Shown here piece by piece: positions 58,215 through 64,000 of a stretch of DNA of 64,000 nt. Position 1 is the first letter of the stretch; each line of letters starts with the position of its first letter. The translations under genes were made by a program, and so were the position numbers. Under the pieces are notes generated by a model that was given only the letters and a program-made list of their open reading frames with translations, was not told where the DNA came from and made no database searches. The DNA is from Camelus dromedarius (Eukaryota), in NCBI RefSeq assembly GCF_036321535.1, contig NC_087437.1, positions 106,890,001 to 106,954,000 of the forward strand, in the 5' to 3' direction.

Positions 58215-58605
58215 CATTTTTTAAAGTTGAGGTGTAATGGATACATAAATATTTAAAAAATGTTTTTAATATTTAAAATGTTAAATATTTACTTATATAT
58301 TTAAATCTATAATTAGTTATACATTTTCAAATAGTTAATATTTTTGATACAGAAATATTGTTAGTCTCAGGTGTGCAATGTAATAATTCAGTGTTTGTAT
58401 GCATAGCAAAATGATCACCACAATAAGTCAATGACATCTATCAATATATGTAATTATAAAAATTTTTTTCTCATGATGAGAACTTTTAAGATTTACTCTT
58501 TTAGCAACTTTCAATTATGCAATAAAGTATTACTAACTATCGTCATCACGCTGTGCATGACATCCCCAGGACTTACTTATTTTATTACTGGAGGTTTGTA
58601 CCTTC
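58215..58605 (-). mobile_element. L1MA9-like 3' end
   Basis: aaatgatcaccacaataagtc...gatgagaacttttaagatttactcttttagcaactttcaa. Confidence 0.8.
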
Positions 58606-58755
58606 TGATGGGATCAAAAGAATTAGGATATGTCTCTCTGCAAGGTTTTCCGAGTCACTGTTCGTCGATTAAATTAAGAAGTGGAAAATTAGTCTTGTGC
58701 TTGTCACCCTCTCTTCCTTACCCTGGTAGCAGAACTCCAATTTATCTCTAAATAA

Positions 58756-58965
58756 GAGATTCTCAACTAGGAGACATGCCCCCTCCCCACTGCCCCCTGC
58801 AGGAGACATCTGATAATCTCTGGAGTTGTTTTGTTTGTCCTGACTGAGAGGGTGGGTAGTGACCAGGAATGCTGCTAAGTATCCTACTAGTGCACAGGAC
58901 AGCTCCCCGCAAAGAAGAGCAGTCTGTTCGGAAATTGGACTAGAGCTGACCTGAGAAACACTGCT
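58756..58965. mobile_element. MER20 hAT-Charlie element
   Basis: ttctcaac...ccaggaatgctgctaagtatcctac..tgcacaggacagctcccc...tgagaaacactg. Confidence 0.8.
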
Positions 58966-59639
58966 TTAAATTATCGTCCCTTCGTTGTTATACAGGTGTA
59001 GTGTTTACTTTGTCCCAAATCTCCAGGTTTTCTGTCACTTATAATAGAAGAGTTGAGATAGAGAAATCATGCTGATGCTCGGGATACTTCCCATTAGTCA
59101 CGCGATTGATTGCCTGCATGTGTCTACTCTCCCTCTCTACCTTCACTACAGAAACGTTCAGAATTAAACATGGATCGATTCATAAGGCTAAAGAGAATAA
59201 GAGACAAGACACACGTGGGCAGGAGATTGCTATGAATTCTGTAAAGTAGAAAAAGTCAGTTGAGGAAAGTACCTAACCTGGCAGAGGGAAAAGATACTTT
59301 CAGCAGCCACAAAAGATAATCCAGTTGCAACGCTCAGAAGTTGCAGGTATCCGGTAATGTGGAAAGCAGTGGGAGGGGTGAAACAAGGACTGGTTTAAAA
59401 TGGATATAAAACTGGGCAGACCCCATATCTCCTCTCCCTCCTCCTCCACTCCATCCACCCCCACCCCCACCCTCATGAGCACCTCATATTTGGACTCTGG
59501 ACAATGTGTACAAGAGAGTTTCTGGAATCAGTGACCCTCCCAAGCATGACTGGGCCGAGCAAGGGGGCAGTGGGATGAGATGATGGTGCTGCGCTAAAGC
59601 CTTGTTACTCCCCATAGTCATAGCAAGTAATTAGAAATT

Positions 59640-60735
59640 GGTTCTAAATGTGGCAGGAAGACTATGAGAGTTTCAAGAAGAGGAATGTCATGATTTGAAT
59701 TATCTTTTTAAAAAAGTACTCTGATTGCTGTTTGAAAAAATGGGTTATAGAAAGACAGTGATGTAAGGATAATTTTGGAGGCTGTTTTTGTATTTCATGG
59801 TGATCTGGACCTGTGTGGTGGAAGAACAGATAAGAGAAATGGATGGTTCAGCTTCCATCATGGAGGCAGAAGAGCAAAAAACAGCTGTTGATAGAATATA
59901 TGTAAGAGATGAGGGTAAGGGAGGAACAACAGACTACTTTTAGATTTTTTAATTGAACAATGAGGTAGATGTTAGCCTCATTCACTAGATGAAGAAAGCT
60001 GAGAAAGGAAAGGTTTTGAGGTGGGGGCTTGGGACAGTTGGTAAGTTTTGCACATGTTGAGATGCTTACTTAGATATCCAAATGGAAATGCCAAGTAGGC
60101 AACTGAGAGATTGTTCAGGATCGACACTAAAGATACGAAACTTGGGAATCACCTGTATGTTAATGGTGTTATGGGTTCAATTATGCCCATCAAAAGGGTA
60201 TGTTGAAGTCCTAACCACCAGTACCTTAGAATGTGAACTCTTCTGGAAATGTGGTCATTGCAGGTGTAATTAGTAAGTTAGGATGAGATCATACTGAAGT
60301 AGGTTGGGCTCTAAATCCATCATGACTGGTGTCTTCATAAGAAGAGGAGAGGTGATGCATAGGTGCAGACACACAAGAAGAGAGCACCATGGGATGACAA
60401 AGACAGGGACTGGAGTGATGAAGCTGCAAACCAAGAAAGCTAAGGATTGCCTGCAAACCACCGGCAGCTGGCAAGATGCAAGGAAGGATTCTCCTATAGG
60501 TTTCAGAGGGAATGTGGCCCTGCTGCCACCTTGATTTTGAACTTCTAGCCTCCAGACTGTAAGACAATAAATTCTTCTTGTTTTAAGTCACCTTGTTGAC
60601 GGTACTAGGCTACGGCAGCCCCAGGAAACTAGTAAGATGGAATTTAAGATCAAGAACCTAGGTGAAGACATCCAGGAGAGAAACTATGAAAAAGAAACAG
60701 GGTCAAGAACTGAGTCATGGGACACTCCAGCTGAG
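59640..60735 (-). mobile_element. L2, interrupted by an MLT1 LTR
   Basis: ttgagatgcttacttagatatccaaatggaaatgccaagtaggca motif. Confidence 0.65.
60167..60635 (+). mobile_element. MLT1C-like MaLR solo LTR
   Basis: tgttatggg...tatgttgaagtcctaacc...gcaaggaaggattctcc...gcagccccaggaaactag. Confidence 0.85.
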
Positions 60736-63700
60736 AGGTTCTGTGGTGTTGCCCCAGTCTCTGACTGGCTTCTAATCTCAGTGGTAACTAAGGGCTTCCT
60801 CCCACGTAGACAAGCTTCTGATCTCCTACCTAGACCCACCAGACATCTTGGTCACACTTTCCCTCAATGTTGTTTTTGTGGTTCTGTCTTTGACAGTGAT
60901 TCATGCAAGTGTTGCCTCACTAAGATGAGAGAGAAAACCTTGAAAAGTACCACTTTTACTACCATATGTTAAAGGAGTTTATGATGTGTCTAATTCACTG
61001 CTAGTAAACAATGGATCCAGAATATTAAGATGTGAGGATTTCAAAACTCACTCTCTTTCCACTCTAATCTGTTATGCTAATTCTGAGAGGAATGAACATG
61101 GTGACGTTCTGCTTTAGTGGACTCATGGACTCTCCTTCATGACATCTGACCCCTGTTCCATATCATAGGCTGAATGATTCACCTGCCTTCAACATGAGAC
61201 ATTCAAGCTAATGAGGAGGAAATCCTGCCTTCTGTCCACTGGAATGAATGACTCTGCTCTACAGTCATCCAGCCAGCATACCAGGCTTCTCATATAAATT
61301 CCCTCTTGATTATGAACAAGATATTACCTATTTTAATGCAGGTTTGCCATCTTCCATTCCTCGATGATCACATGTTTTCCACTTCTATTTCTTAATGTGA
61401 GAAGTATGCAGGGGTGCAATAATACTTTTATTTTACAAAGTTAATTCAAATGTAGGAAGCTTAAGAGGCTTATTTACTAGCCACCCAGGAGCCAAAGGCA
61501 GGTTTGAGATAAATCTGATGTTTTATCCTATCTACTCCCAAGGTCTTATCAGAGGTTTCAGTTTTAGTTGGGAATCTTTTCCCAGACCTCTATTCCCAAG
61601 GTTCAACCAGCGTCTCCTTCCATTTGAGGTGATTCCACCCACTTCTGTTCTGACCTGAATCTCTTTTTACCTCCTAGTAATAGTCCTCCTAAGAGAATCT
61701 TTCCTGCATGTATCTTATTCTGCATTTTAGCATCTCTTTCTTTTTTCCCTGGCTCTTTTCCTCAGTATGTAAACATCACTGCAGATGTTACAAACTGAGA
61801 AACTATGTAGTCTCTTTGGTGATTTTAACTGTTGTGCGTACGTTTTTGGCAAAGCCATGTCTCTACAGATTTTGTTGCTTCTTTGAGAGATATGTTTCTG
61901 CTTTATGAATATATTTATAATGTAGTCTGCTTGTGTACTGTAATTTATTCTTTGCAATTGCATGTATTCCTGCTTTAGCAGCTGTTTTCTGGAATGAGGA
62001 TCTCAGAGGAAGAGGGCTTCAGGAAAGAGAGACAGACATAATTTTAAACTTACCCTGGAAAGAAGCCAGAAAAAGAATGAACAGCAAGGATGCTGAAAAA
62101 TGACTCGAAGCAGGGCTACTATGTCCAGATATCATGGTCCTGTTGGGGCCAGTGGAAAAGGCCATGTCTCTGTGAGGATGGGGGTCTCTCCTTAAGGGAG
62201 AAGACTTTTCCCTCAGTTAATCAGCCAGGAAAAATGAAGACCCTGTGTCAAGAAGGCAAAGCTCATGGTAGGATGAAAGGAAGAGTTTTCTTTCAGTTGA
62301 TGTCTTGGGACAGAGAGACCATACTCCGAGATGTGATGGTAGTCAGAACACTGCGTAGAGGTATGAAGTTGGCACTGCTGTGTGTGTGTGACCAGCAGCT
62401 AGGAATACTGTATGACCCTGAAAATGGACGTGAATGTGGGGCCTCTGAGATCATGTATATATGGCAGAGTTTGGTAGTCTCTCTCCGTGTTGTGATTTTC
62501 TCCATTATCACTGACTCTTCAGTCAAGCATCACAAGATCCAGCCTGGTCTTGGTTCCATGGCTCAGGAAGTGGTCAGACATGTTTAGCACGGTGACAGCA
62601 GTGGTGGGCACCAGTCCAGAATGGCTGAGCCTGCAGAGTGGCAACCTTATGCCAAGGCAGCAGTGGCCAACTTCATGAGAAGGGCCAGAATATTTCAGAA
62701 AGGATCATAGGAGACTCATAGATGTAGTTAGGATATTAGTAAATCTCTAGAGGGGTAGATACGGGCTCAGAGTCATGGCACTTTGGGGCATTCATAGATG
62801 TATGACCTTCAGGTCTAGAGAATAAAGCATTATCTTCAACTCCCCTTATCTCCCCTCCTTTATCATAAGAACAAACGTCTATTTCCTCTAACCCTGAGAA
62901 TGTGCCATGAAAAATAATGATTGTACTATGTTACCCATGGAGGTGGATGGATTTGCCAGAGGAAGGATGAGGAAAATATAGAATGTCTAATTAATAAATA
63001 AATCTAGAAACTATAAGTTGGATGTTAGTTGGATGTCTATATTTGACCATACTTGGAAAGTAAATTTTATGTAAGTTTTTTTTAAAATTAGGAATAAAGC
63101 AGAGTAAACTCTAAGTCCGTATGGGGTAATAGGAAGAACAGCAGAGTATACATCACAAGATCAGGATTCTAATTCTGAATAATACTACTTACAATGAGTC
63201 CTTCCTTCTAGCCGACCCTTTTCCACTTTGAGTTTCCGTTTCCAGGACAGTGAAATAGGAACACTCATACTTTCTCTGCTTATTTACATCATAGTAAGAA
63301 TAAAGTAAAATAACATGCAAGACATGTGGTATATACTCCTAAGTTATTATTTCTGCCATTCAATGATCTCTTATATCTCTTTGAAACCCGATTTGTTGAC
63401 TCTGTGAAAGTTAGACATATATAGAAATATTTTAAAATGTTAATAGTAAGTGGTATGCCATTTTCCATATTATATATTGAGAGACTGGAATAAAAATATT
63501 TTTAATAGTGCATTTTATTTTTTAAAATAATTCAAAGTTAAAACTTTATGCAATTAATATTATTATCCCTAAGAGTACAAGCAAAAATAATAGCAAGCAT
63601 TGTCATCCATCAAAAGAAGCATTCTCAGTTTTTCAATTGCTATAGGTCCAGATTCCTTTATTTGATTTTCTTAAGTACACTATAATAAAGTGTATATGGT

Positions 63701-63784
63701 GTCACCTGTCCCTCCAAGCACAAAACTTTCAAAGCAAAGAATTTTTATTCGTGAAGTGGTTACAACGACATGCAAATGGTTGTG

Positions 63785-64000
63785 TGTATTAGTCTGCTAG
63801 GGCTGCCATAATAAAATACCTAAGACCGGCAGCTTAAACAACAAAAATTGATTTTCTCACAGTTCTGGATGATTGAAGTCCAAGATGAAAGTGTTGGAAG
63901 AGTTGTTTTCTCCTGAGACCTCTGTCCTTGGCTTGCAGGCGACCACCTTCTTGTTGTGTCCTCACATGGCCTCTCCCCTGTGCACACATCTCTGGTGACT
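63785..64000 (-). mobile_element. MLT1-type MaLR LTR (cut by the window edge)
   Basis: tgtattagtctgctagggctgccataataaaatacc...ttctcacagttctgga...aagtccaagat. Confidence 0.8.

Noticed and set aside
60082..60567. Overlapping ORFs near 60.3 kb
   Set aside because: They lie within an MLT1 LTR and L2.
60980..61370. Possible ERVL/MaLR internal remnant
   Set aside because: Only a faint resemblance; no motif I can support.
62090..62587. 165-aa ORF
   Set aside because: No recognisable protein family, exon structure or promoter; likely chance or repeat-derived.

Overview
Mammalian (eutherian) genomic DNA, not prokaryotic. The window holds the 5' end of CYYR1 (cysteine and tyrosine-rich 1) on the minus strand: CpG-island promoter at about 44.0-44.65 kb, coding exon 1 (44247-44175), coding exon 2 (39258-39156), then a long intron 2 that runs off the left edge. 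The remaining exons are not in the window. About 19 kb of upstream intergenic DNA follows. The rest is mostly interspersed repeats (L1, L2, MIR, MaLR/ERVL LTRs, hAT and Tigger DNA transposons) and microsatellites. The L1 3' ends, and the apparent absence of primate, rodent, ruminant, pig, horse and carnivore SINEs, point to a camelid-like cetartiodactyl (inference). I found no convincing new biological system. The best leads are an inverted/deleted nested L1, a 37-nt L1 insertion with a perfect TSD, an inverted MER21 pair in intron 2, upstream ORFs in the CYYR1 leader, and candidate cryptic exon/promoter elements in intron 1. Repeat family names come from recalled consensus sequences and their boundaries are approximate.
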